A stretch of 64,000 nucleotides of DNA. Source: Amoebidium appalachense (lineage: Eukaryota > Protista > Ichthyosporea). Location: NCBI GenBank assembly GCA_963693365.1, contig CAVNZM010000002.1, positions 16,401,615-16,465,614 on the forward strand, read 5' to 3'. Positions 1 through 11,805 of the stretch are shown one piece after another; the stretch's first letter is position 1, and the number at the start of each line of letters is the position of its first letter. The notes under the pieces were generated by a model, which worked only from the letters and a program-made list of their open reading frames with translations, did not search any database and had not been told where the DNA came from. Made by a program: the position numbers and the translations under genes.

Positions 1-33
1 CACACACTCATACGTACACGTACACACACACAG

Positions 34-1575
34 GTACGTCAAGTCGTTCACCGACATGTACGAGCTCCCTCTCTACGAGGAGGTCTCCCCCTCTGACCGG
101 CCTGAATACTGCAACAAGGTCACAGCGGTGATTTCAAACATTTTAAACCGCCACAAGACAGTCGTACCAACCATCGCCCACGCTATACTCGAGTTAAAAA
201 CTAAACTCCCAATAGGAAAAAACGTTAAAATGGACCGGCCAATCCAGTATTTCTTGGACCGGATATACATGAGCAGGATAGGAATGCGCATGATTGGATC
301 CCAGCATGTGGAGCTATTCGGGGGCCGGGGCCAGGTGGATGTAGGTGGGGGGGTCATTGATGAAAATTGCCGGGTGATGGATATCCTGCAGGATGCAGTG
401 GATAACGCACAGGTGGGCAATGTGAAATTTCACTGTTCTCTCATGCCCCATCCCCCCCCCCCCCCCCCCCACCCCTTGTGCCCGCTGCCCTCCTTCCTTA
501 CACCTTCCCCCCCCCCCCCCCCCCCCCCCCCCAAACTCCAAATTGTCTCTACCACTCTCACCTGCTCCCTGTTTCTACTCCCCCCCACCCCACCCCGTCC
601 CCGCTAGTCTTACAATTGTTTTTTAGAGTCCCTGCAACCTCCCCCCCTACCCACACACACATTCACAGCCCAAGCACACACCCACGCACACACATGCCCA
701 CCCTCACCTACCAACCCACCTGGTCCTCCACCCATGCACACACACCATAAAAATATCCCCAGATACCGGTAGATCCACACGCACACACACCAGCATACAT
801 ACACATATCCCCAGACACACACAACTACCCCACCCCTATACAATTGAACCCACAAGCCCACATTGACCCCCTTGCTCTTTCACTCTGGCACAATAGCTCA
901 GGTTGGCGGATGTACATATTGTGAACTTGTTTCCCCTGGGAAGGAGAGGAACATGTATGGCTTCGTATACTTTCGTGTTTTTTTTTTTTTTTTTTTTTTT
1001 TTGGGGGGGGGGGAGGGGGAGGGGAGGGGGGGGGGGAGGGGAGGGGGGGCTTTGGGGTTGAAGGGGGGAGAGGGAAGAGGGGGGGGGGGGGGGGGGAGGC
1101 AGGGGAGAGGCCTCGGATAGGAAAAGGCATGGGAAGAGACGAAAGTGGATATAAGCTGTTCGCAGATGGATTGCTATGTTGTAGATCCCCAATATACCCC
1201 TTCTCCCCCCCCCCCCCCCCCCCCCCCCCTCTTCCCCCCCGGATGATATCGTATCCTGCAGACCTGCTTTTCCTTGCAAACAAGGTGCATGCATGCACGG
1301 GCACAAGCTCACACAAACGCCCATACAAATACGAGGCGCAACACACGCACACATCCACACGGACACATACACACAGGCGTGCACATGCACAAAGACATGC
1401 ACATGCCCGCATGACACATACACATGCTCACACACAGACACACACACACACATGCTCACACACACAGACACACACACACGCACACGCATAACGCACACAA
1501 CAAACCCACACACACACGCACACAACACACGCACGCCTGCGAATGCACACACGCACGCATGCACGCACACACGCG

Positions 1576-1615
<40 letters not shown>

Positions 1616-1751
1616 CTGTGTGATCAGCAGTATCTGCAGTCTCCAGCCGTTGAGATTTTCCACCCCGGTCTGACCCAAGACTTCCAGTTTCCTTACATCC
1701 CCACCCACCTCTACCACATTGTCTTTGAGCTCTTCAAGGTGCCCATATTAG

Positions 1752-1792
<41 letters not shown>

Positions 1793-2056
1793 ATCCCCCT
1801 CCTCGTCTCCCCTGAGGATGGGCTCTGCTTATTATGCATACTCTTTATGTGTGGTTTGCCTCTGCATTGTGTTATCCGTTGTTCATGTGTATGTACTTGG
1901 TACTTTATAACGCATTGACCCCCCAATGGGGGGGGGCCCTCCCGTTGCAGCTTGTTGGGGGTTGATCGGTCGTTTGCTCCAAGATTGGTCTCATAATATC
2001 AGCTGAATGCACTTAGTCCTCCCTCCCCCCCCCCCCCCCCCCCCCCCCCCCCACCA

Positions 2057-2095
<39 letters not shown>

Positions 2096-2188
2096 AGCAC
2101 CTTCAACCACCCTGTCACGCACCCTCCACACCCTCTGTGTTGTCGGATGTTGCTTGGCTCATCCCTGTTGTCGTTGACTTTGATGTCT

Positions 2189-2238
<50 letters not shown>

Positions 2239-2393
2239 ACACGCACGCACAAACACGCACACACACACTCACCTATACACCCACCCCACCCAAAAAAAAA
2301 AAGAACGAAAGAAAGGAAAAGCAGATATTGGACATCCTTCTTGTCCACCTCGAAGGCATGCGCGCACACCCACGCACGTGCACGCACACACAG

Positions 2394-2445
<52 letters not shown>

Positions 2446-3370
2446 AGGGAGGGAGGGAGGGAGGGAGAAACGAGTGTGCATTCACACAGAGATATACTCC
2501 GCCCCGTCTCCCTCCCCCCATCCCCCTCCTGCACTCTCCTTTTCCCCTCCTCTCCCTCTCCCTCCCCCCATCCCCCTCCCGCACTCTCCCTTTTCCCCTC
2601 CTCTCCTCTCCCTCCCCCCCCCCCCCCCCCCCTCTCCCCCCTTACTTCCATGCAACCGGGCATGGTTGCTCTGTGTCGTGCATCTGTAAGGACATGCGCA
2701 TTTTCCGCTGCACTGCATTGGTTACATCTTCACCGTTTTGCTCACCTTGCTTGCATGAGCAACCCAGCTCGTTTTTGATCAAGACGGGTTGACCTACCCA
2801 AGTTCAGTTGATGCTGCAGTCTGAGTTGGAGCGTCTTATATACGCGGGCTAAGGGGTCGAAACTCAGACGCAATTGATGGCTTGGGCCCTCCCTGAGAAC
2901 GGGCTCTGCTTATGACGCATAATTTCCGCATGGCTGATGTTGCATACTTGAATGTTTGCCTTTGCATGTGCCCTGCACCATGCTTCTCATCGTGTATGCG
3001 TACTTCGTACCGTGTTCCGCATTCCAACCCCCCCCCCCCCCCCCCCCTCTCCTCCCCCTTTCTCCCCCCCCCCCCCCCTCCCCCCCTTCGCAGTCGTTCC
3101 CTTCCCCCTCCTGTCAACCTTCCTCCCCCCGCCAGCTCCTTCCCTCTCCCTCCTTCCCTCCCTCCCTCTCGTCCTGCCTCTCCCCCAACTCCCCCCCCCA
3201 CCCCTGCCCCCTTCCCCCCTGTTTCCCTCTCCCTCATTCCCCCCCCCCCCCCCCCCCTCTTCCCCCTGCTTCCCTTCCTCCCCCCTCCCCCTCCTTTCCT
3301 TCCCCCCCCCCCCCCCCCCCCCCACTACCCTCTCCCTTCCCTCCCTCCCCCCTGCTTCCCCCTCCCCCCC

Positions 3371-3429
<59 letters not shown>

Positions 3430-3758
3430 CTCTGTGTGTGTGTGTTTTCTCCTCCCCCCCTCTCCCCCTCTCCCTCCCACTCTTTCCTCTCCCTCCTTTT
3501 TTTTACCCCTAGCTGACCATGTTATGTTTTCACCTGGCCCACACAGAACTCCATGCGTGCAGTTGTTGAGACACATGGGAAGGAGGACGGACACCTGCCG
3601 CCTATTAAGGTGGTGGCCATTAAGGGAGAGCAAGATCTAACCATTAAGGTATGTACCATATTAGGAAATCTGCTAATCTGCTACGAGGTTTTTAGTTAAA
3701 GTGGGTGGGCTGCTCTGGTGTGGATTTCTTTTTCGTTTTTCCATCCGTTTTACCCTTT

Positions 3759-3817
<59 letters not shown>

Positions 3818-4421
3818 TACTGGTCGCAGTGGTGGTGGTGGTGGTGGTGGTGGGGGGGGGGGGGGGGGATTGGTGCATTATGTCTCTTGCAGCATGTCGA
3901 TTGGTTATTTTTTTCCCGCCCATATCACCCCATGCTGACATTCTATTGGTCACAGATCAGCGACCGTGGGGGGGGCATTCCCCGATCCGACATGCCCAAG
4001 ATCTTCAGCTACCTGTACACCACTGCCGAGCTGCCAGACACGGATGCGGCCTTTGCAAATGACGGCAATGCCCCCCTGGCTGGATTTGGCTACGGTCTAC
4101 CCCTCAGCAGATTGGTATGTGTCGTACTTGTTTTTCTCGAAACCCCCCCCCCTCTGCCCCTCCACATCACCCACCACCTGCCCGATGCCAAGCCCTTTCC
4201 CACATCCATTCTGTTTCTTCCCTCTCCGTCTGTGAGCCTCAATTGTCTTCTCCGTTCTTTGATCTTTCCCCCCATGACTTGGGTCCTCCCTGAGGATGGG
4301 CTCTGCTTATGACGCATACTGTGCGCATTGCTGATGTTGCATACTTGAATGTTTGCCTTTGCATGTGTCCTGCACCATGCTTCTCATCGTGTATCTGTAC
4401 TACGTACCGTGTTCCGCATTC

Positions 4422-4464
<43 letters not shown>

Positions 4465-5259
4465 CCCCACCCACCCAACCAAGTTTTTCCCTCTTCTTCC
4501 ACTCTGTCTCCATGCTCCGTCACTACTACCCCCCTCCCCCCCCTCGCCCCCACCTCCGCCCCTCCTCCCACTTCCTTTTCATTCTTTTTTTTTGCTTACC
4601 AAGGGGGCTGGATGGAGCCTGTTCTCGCATTCTAGATACATGATACAGTGGCCTTGGGCATCACTTCTTCTTTCAACACACACATGAGATAAAACATTGA
4701 TGCACAGACACGAATGGTGTGGTCGGGTGCCGTTAGAGACTCATTAGGTTCGTTTCAGAAGGCAACGGCCATGTCTTTGCTTGGGCATTACTGATGGCTG
4801 TGAGGTGTTGTTAATTGAATTAGCAGGTTCTGTATTGGAGCTAACAAACATCTTCCCTCCCCCTCCCCCCTCCCCCCCCCCCCCCCCCCCTCTTCCCCTC
4901 ACACGTGCGCGCACGTGCCTACATACACGCACGCACACACACATCCAAGTCAAATATGGTCACAGAGATAGGACCATAAGCACATGCACACACGTGAGTG
5001 CACGCGAACGTTGCACACACACACGTGCGCGCGCGCACACACATGCACGCACACACACACACACACACAGTATACGAGATACATGGGTGGCGACTGTCAG
5101 ATTCTCTCCATGGATGGATACGGCACCGATGCCTACGTGTACCTTAAACACTCGCCCGAGCACTCACTGGAGGTTCTACCCACATACAACGAGGTCCAAT
5201 TAAGGCCATACAGCTCGGCATCCGAGCACACTGATTGGCTCTTTGGCCAGAAGGTTTGA
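34..5259 (+). CDS. PDK: Pyruvate dehydrogenase kinase (mitochondrial PDK/BCKDK family), 3' part; exons 34-412, 1613-1738, 3547-3648, 3956-4114, 5071-5259; 5' exons lie upstream of the window
   Basis: GT-AG exons join in frame and give PDK motifs: [25 protein letters not shown]|NSMRAVVE (N box), ISDRGGG (G1), [15 protein letters not shown]|Y (G2), [11 protein letters not shown]; stop TGA at 5257-5259. Confidence 0.95.
1811..1925 (+). repeat. Poly-C-associated interspersed repeat, short copy (subfamily A)
   Basis: CCTGAGGATGGGCTCTGCTTATTATGCATAC...GTACTT.GTAC...ACGCATTGA followed by C run; matches copies at 28527-28891 and 33495-33860. Confidence 0.85.
2745..3027 (+). repeat. Poly-C-associated interspersed repeat, long copy (subfamily B)
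   Basis: Shares CTGAGTTGG...GGTCGAAACTC...TGGGCCCTCCCTGAG...GGGCTCTGCTTATGACGCA...GTACTTCGTACCGTGTTCCGCATT with the other copies; ends at a C run. Confidence 0.9.
4274..4423 (+). repeat. Poly-C-associated interspersed repeat (subfamily B)
   Basis: ATGACTTGGGTCCTCCCTGAGGATGGGCTCTGCTTATGACGC...CCGCATTCAA then a long C run. Confidence 0.9.
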
Positions 5260-6013
5260 TTTGATTGGATGGTGTTGGCGTACTTCGGACATGAATTTTG
5301 ATGGATGGAGAGATTTACGAGAATGTTTTGCCACGTTTTTTTTTCTTGGCTTGTGATTATGACATTGAATGATAATTTGTGTGTTGGCCTGCTAGACGCG
5401 ACACGTATGGTTTGCACACTTACACTGTCGCTCCATTCACACTCAGACACATGCTTGGTTTTATAACGCTGCCTAACTCCCCCCCCCCCCCCCCCCCCCC
5501 CCCCCCCTTTTTTTTTTTTTTTTTTGTTCTCTGCCCCACGCAGGCTTATGTACCCACAACCGCACGACATGTACGCGCACCCCTTCTCACACATGAACCA
5601 CCACTTTACCTACACATCCGCACAAACACATTCACAGCAAATCCCACAAATTTTTCCGTCGTAGAACATAGTGATGTGTTCGCACACAGACACAATTTTG
5701 TGTTATCGTTGACGTTGAGCACACGTTACCGTGTTTGGAGGGCCCCGGAGAGTCTCAGAAGATGGGGGAGGCGGGGGACTAAATTGCGTTTACCGGTTTT
5801 TGGATTTCTGTTGTGCACGCTTGGGTTTATGACTGTACATATTTTTTGACGATTTTTGTAACGGATATCTCGACAGCAGCTGTGTCACCTGGAGTGATGC
5901 CAAATATGCAATGGGTGCCCCGTGTGTGAACGTGTGTGTGTGTGGGTGTCCCCCGTGCATGTGTGACTGTGCGCCCATACCCATTCACCTGTATGTGTGC
6001 ATTTGTGTGTACC

Positions 6014-6047
<34 letters not shown>

Positions 6048-6150
6048 CGCGCGCGCGTGTGTGTTTGTGTGCGTTTGTGTATGTGTGTGTATGTGTGTGT
6101 GTATGTGCGTACTTGTGTGTGTGTTTGTGTGCGTGTCGCGCCAGGGCGGG

Positions 6151-6231
<81 letters not shown>

Positions 6232-6680
6232 ATGCCACAGTGCATAAAAAACAAAAGGAAGCTTGAGGAACAGATGGTCCATCAGGGGACCAGAAAAAAT
6301 TTTCAACATAAAATCAAAGAAAGAAGCGCAAGCTCGATCATACGTCGACAGAAAAACTTGGCAGGCCTAGGGGTATTAGAGGTTCTATAGCATTAATGAA
6401 ATACATATTGTACAATAGCCAGGCTCCGGCTGTTATCAGTCAAACTCACTGAATTTTTTAAAGAAGCCTTTTCTTCCTTGCTGACGTTTGATGTTTTGCC
6501 GGTAGCCACCGCCCAGCGCCCGCAGAAACCTGCTTCTTCCACTACCCCCCGGCCCGGTAGTTTGTCAGCTGGTAGGGGCGCAAAGAAAGGGGGCAGCGGA
6601 GGGTTGGTTAATGTGGCCGCCCTGGCGGCAGGAGAGAGTGGACTCTTGGGCGACTGGAAAGGGCCCGATGCCGGACGGAG

Positions 6681-6822
6681 CACAGTCCAAGCATGCCCAG
6701 GGCATGGTGACGAGACCGTGCTATGGCCCAGGACACAGTCCAAGCAAGCGCATGTGACGAGACCGTGCTATGGCGCAGGACACAGTCCAAACATGCTCAT
6801 GAGCATGTGACGAGACCGTGCC
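6681..6822. repeat. Three imperfect ~50-bp tandem units (CACAGTCCAA-variable-GTGACGAGACCGTGC)
   Basis: CACAGTCCAA starts at 6681, 6734 and 6781, each followed by GTGACGAGACCGTGC. Confidence 0.85.
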
Positions 6823-6836
6823 CTAGGCCGCCACCA

Positions 6837-7048
6837 GCCCATGGCACAAGTAAGAGTATCTGATATCTCGTCTTGCCTATGGCACAAGTAGGAGTGTCTG
6901 ATATCTGGTCTTGCCCATGGCACAAGTAAGAGTGTCTGATATCTGGTCTTGCCCATGGCACAAGTAAGAGTGTCTGATATCTGGTCTTGCCCATGGCGCA
7001 AGTAAGAGTGTCTGATATCTGGTCTTGCCCATGGCGCAAGTAAAAGTA
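6837..7048. repeat. 38-bp minisatellite, about 5.5 copies
   Basis: Unit GCCCATGGCACAAGTAAGAGTGTCTGATATCTGGTCTT starts at 6837, 6875, 6913, 6951, 6989, 7027 (partial). Confidence 0.95.
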
Positions 7049-7687
7049 TGTGACCAGCCCAGGCCCCTGGCGATATGTAAAGCTTCGATTCCATTTTTAT
7101 ACCCCCCACCATTCTCGTAGATGATTGTGGGGGAAAAAACTTGAAATTGAGCATTTCATTGCGTGTGTTTTTGATTGGAGGATCTAAAGTTGTCTCCCAA
7201 GATCCGGATCGATGGTCACAGGGTGCGAAACATGGTTCGACGGGAGGGACCCTAAGCATGCCCACCTATATACGCAGAGAAATTACATTTTAGCACCTTC
7301 CACACTATAAGAACTTCATTTTGACGAGGAAATTGCAGTTGCTATATTTTTTCTTTCTGTATATTCCGACAAAATCTGATTTTGTTTTGAGACTCAGACC
7401 TTGAGGTACGGTTGTTTCGAAACCTGCAGCCTCATTCCAAAGGATTGGTAGTGCGACCTCGGACGCATTCCTTAGATCGACGTCTTGAGTATATAAACTG
7501 CCGCTGAGCTCCAGCAGTCATAACCCAACAGTTGCCACCCAGCCCTTTGAACACATTCGCACTACACGATTCGTTCTCCAGCTTTATTGGTGACATCAAA
7601 CCCATCGCTGCATACAGTTCTTTAGCAGAATTTTGCATGTACAACCCTGTACCAACCAAACACCATGCCGTTATTTTGGCTTGCCGT

Positions 7688-7883
7688 TGCCGGAGGCAAG
7701 ACCATTTCTTGCTACCGTCGTGGCTCCCCGAGACTCATGGACATGAAATCAGAGGCAAGTACGGAAGTTTATTATTTTGAAAATAAAATAAATACTCTAA
7801 AAGAATATTATGAATAACTGTTGATGGACATCTAACGAACCATGAAAACTATGGTGTGTGTACGTGCATGTAAGTGCACGTAC

Positions 7884-7962
<79 letters not shown>

Positions 7963-8026
7963 CTACCCTAAAGAAGGAAACAGTGTCCCTAACGCGCAAT
8001 GGCCAAGGACACCCCTTCATGTATCC
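7688..8026 (-). repeat. Split direct repeat B2
   Basis: Matches 8472-8838 apart from a few substitutions and (GT)n length. Confidence 0.93.
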
Positions 8027-8050
8027 CCACAACAGGGCTGGGAGGGCGGG

Positions 8051-8471
8051 GAAATCAACAGAAAAAAGGACAGCTAGCTATTATAAGGCAACTAGTTTGT
8101 GCGCTTTTACACTAGCACCACCAAACTTAGTTCAACCAACTAACTCTACAAATCCCTTTTACCTCTGATGCCAGACACTCACACAAACGCTAAAACGAAA
8201 ACCAAAGACTGAAATCCAAACGACATGTACTCCTTTTTATACCCGTTCCCACGATGCATTTTGGAATTTGAAGCCAGACTGAAGAAACCAATCAAATGCT
8301 TTAAAATCTGACCAAATCGGAACATGCAATCAAAACCGAACCACATTAACTATATATGGAAACCAGCAATCCAACACAATTAATGCATGACAAATAGCCA
8401 ATCACCTCACCGCAATGCCACTCGGTGGATCTTCGTCTCTCACCGCTGCCTCCTCCCGCTTGAAAACCACA
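8051..8471 (-). repeat. Split direct repeat A2
   Basis: Matches 18023-18438 apart from a 5-nt indel and a few substitutions. Confidence 0.93.
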
Positions 8472-8838
<367 letters not shown>

Positions 8839-8951
8839 AAATCTACCTAACTTGCTTTTGTGATAGTTTTAAAGCTTTGTGAATTCCTTTGTGTTTCTGA
8901 GCTCTACAGTGTACTCACCCGGGCTTGGCCGTATGTGTAGGAAAATAATAA

Positions 8952-11361
8952 TTAGCACTGGAGTAATTCTGATTCCCACACACTGAGTGCATCCTCGGTT
9001 CTGACAAACGCATCCATATAGTATCTTGGATAGAAGTGGTGAATGGCCGCCAAAACCGTTCGACAGTGGGCCAGCCCATTGTGCAGCCGTGAAGGTCTTG
9101 GATCATAATACAGCTCTGCAATAACTGCTTAGAAGCTCATCAATAACCCAGACATTTTCGCACCGGTCGATACCCCGGGTAGTCTTACACCAGCCAACAA
9201 ATCGGTCTAGCACCCTATCATAATGACGGATGATAGCTGATTGTCTGTCGATGTTCAATACCCGTGCCACCCTGGGACTCGGAACGATTGCGCGTGACGG
9301 TTCATCCGCGGGGTTATGTGCTGACGGCACCCACACCCAGGATGGACGCACTGCTGCTGCGCACAGGAGAGCTGCCACTCTTCTACAGAGGTGGTTCAGG
9401 CGCCGAGAGCTTGATCTCCCCTTCGCCACAGCATACACCAACGCTGTGTTGTCAATCAGATGTGCGACCCGTGTGTGATGATTACGTGGAGCTCGTACAA
9501 AACGACGAAGTGACAAAAGCAACGCATGTCCCTCTAAAATGGTGATGTGATCTGTGTGCTGCCACCGTGCGGAAATGGGATGGTACCACTGCAAGCCATC
9601 CACCATCTCCAACAAGCTAGCGGCGCATGCGGGGGGCTCCGGCTCAAGTGACTGGGGAACGGAGGTGGGCTCTTCAATTTCATTTGCAACATAAACATCG
9701 CTGCGCTCGACCGATGACGGCATATAACGAGGGTCGCCGGCCTTCGTGTCGTGCCCGTCGAGGGAAAGAAAGGAATACCCGGGTTTTGAGACGGACTGGG
9801 ACAGCGCCAATAACGATTGCTCGACCGTGACATTGGCAACCGACACCCCTGCGCCAGTCATGGACGCATCCGAGGCCAGCACGACGGAGGCTGGCTGAGC
9901 CGACAGATCACACACCACCAAGGGAGATAATGCAATCAACATAGACAATTCGACCTTAACTGCGAGGGGAATAGTGAGATCTGTCAGTGGCGTCGTGGCA
10001 TTGGAGTAAACAAACTCGTAGCAAGATTCCAACACTGAGAAAAGGCACCTATTCAAAAGTAACAACTAAGCCCAGCCCCCCAACAACCGGGATAAATTTC
10101 GTGGAGACACTGCTTGCAGGCGTAAAACGACTTCAGTGTCAGCCAGAAGCTTGGCTAGCTTAGAAGATTCGGGTCGAATTTTACCGTCGGACCCAATGGC
10201 GAGACCGAGTGCCACCGTTTCGGGTGTAGTTCGGGCTGCTCGCACCGTCTTTGACGGCTTGATTTCGAATCCGTTTTCCTCGCCTGCTAGCCCCGCTGCT
10301 GTCATATTCCGAATTCACCCTAGATTCTTCGAACCCTATCCCCACCCAATCATCAACGTAGATCAAATAAACGGAATCCGATTGGTTGCTCATGGAATGT
10401 GCCGGCGGAAAATTTGATTGGATGCATCTGTCGACCCGAAGAGGAGGGTGGATCATGAAATCGTGAGACCTCTGGGCAAGAAACGGGGCCCATTTCCACC
10501 CCATCGGCATCGACAAGACACGTGGGAACACCAACCGATCCAAGCCAGGCAACCCCGCCGCCTTGGAGGAGACCGGGGGGAGGCCTTGATACCACGACAA
10601 CCACTCTGGAACCCGAAACCGATGATAGAAATTTGAAAAATCATACTTGGCTACAACCAGGACGGAATTTTTAGGGATGATGATGCTACACAAGTCCGAC
10701 GGGCTGGGAAAAAGGGGATTGGGGGGATCAACCATAACTGCATTCATAGGACGGGCATCCATAATAAGACGATCTTCTTTCTCATCTTTTTCAACTGCAA
10801 ATAAACCATTTATGACTTTCGGGGGCTCATCGGATTCCGAAAAAGCAATCATGCCACAATCAAACATTCGCTTGGCTAATAGGGGCCACTCATCTGGTGA
10901 CGAGAAGGCAAAGACAGGACGCCCGGGAGTGGGGTGGGATTCCTCTGCACCCTCAGTGGTGCTCTCAGTCGCCCTCTGCCCCATCCCGCAAGCTCCGTGC
11001 ACGGGCGACTCCTCGGTCGCAGTGGGCTCAGACCCACTCTCACCGTGACCCTCACTCGACTCTGACACCACCAATTCATCGGGCGTCTCCAGCAACACCC
11101 TCAGGTCAGGGGGAAGGACCGAAAGGAGAGGGACAGTGGCACCAAATCCCGGAGGGGGAAGGGCCATTCGTTCAGCAACTATGGGGGTGAAAGCTTTAGT
11201 ATGGTTAAAGTATGGAAAAGAATCAGAAACGGCCGCTAAGGGGACATTGCTGATCCTGCGGCGCATATCTGAGCAAGAAGAAAGAATGTGAAACATAGCT
11301 TTTTCTTGTGTTGGCGTGGGTGCATGGGAAAAGTGCGTGGGTTTAGGAGGAGGTGTGGGGA
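8952..11361 (-). pseudogene. RT-RNase H of the DIRS-order element followed by the N-terminal part of a tyrosine recombinase
   Basis: RT: GLFAVEK, RLIMDAR, DFSNFYHRF, MPMGWKWAP, IYVDD. RNase H: ASDASMTGAG, HITILEGHA, IDNTA, WVPSAHNPADEPSR. Then HYDRVLDRFVGWC...IDELLSSY/(fs)AELYY...VLAAIHHFYP. Frameshifts near 10310 and 9120, in-frame stop at 10066-10068. Confidence 0.88.
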
Positions 11362-11366
11362 AAAAA

Positions 11367-11672
11367 TGTAACTTAGAGGTTTCTCTGTGAGACTTTATTA
11401 TTTGCTGACTTGCATTGACTGGCCCACCGGGACCTTTATATACTTGTGGTCTGGCTCACTGGAATGTTACATACTATTCCCGATTGGTCTACCCGCCGCT
11501 ATGGATCTAGTCGCTACCAATCAAAACACTCCAATAGAATCTTCTAGACTCTTCTAGATCTATCCTGATCTATCGTGAACCTATCCACCAGTTTATCCCG
11601 AATATCTCGAATATTCCCGATCACTAGTGCTACGCTAACGCAGGGCATACCGGATGGCTATCCTGTTCGACA
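11367..11672 (-). repeat. Copia 3' LTR (306 bp, TG...CA)
   Basis: Same sequence as 16859-17163 by eye. Confidence 0.96.
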
Positions 11673-11805
11673 CCCCCACTTGCACTGTGTTCTATCTATG
11701 TACCGCATGCAACCTAAACCTAAGATGCAACTCTAAAACTATGCTACTATACTAACACATATAACACCTACTACACGAACATTAACACTACACTATTTGT
11801 AGTTC

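Noticed and set aside
2855-2910. Hammerhead ribozyme (GAAA and CTGAGGA-like motifs) in the repeat family
   Set aside because: Sequence after CTGAGGA cannot pair with sequence before GAAA to form stem II, and no suitably placed cleavage triplet was found
6681-7048. CRISPR-like repeat-spacer appearance
   Set aside because: Eukaryotic context, no cas genes, variable parts are short, and the 38-bp units have no spacers
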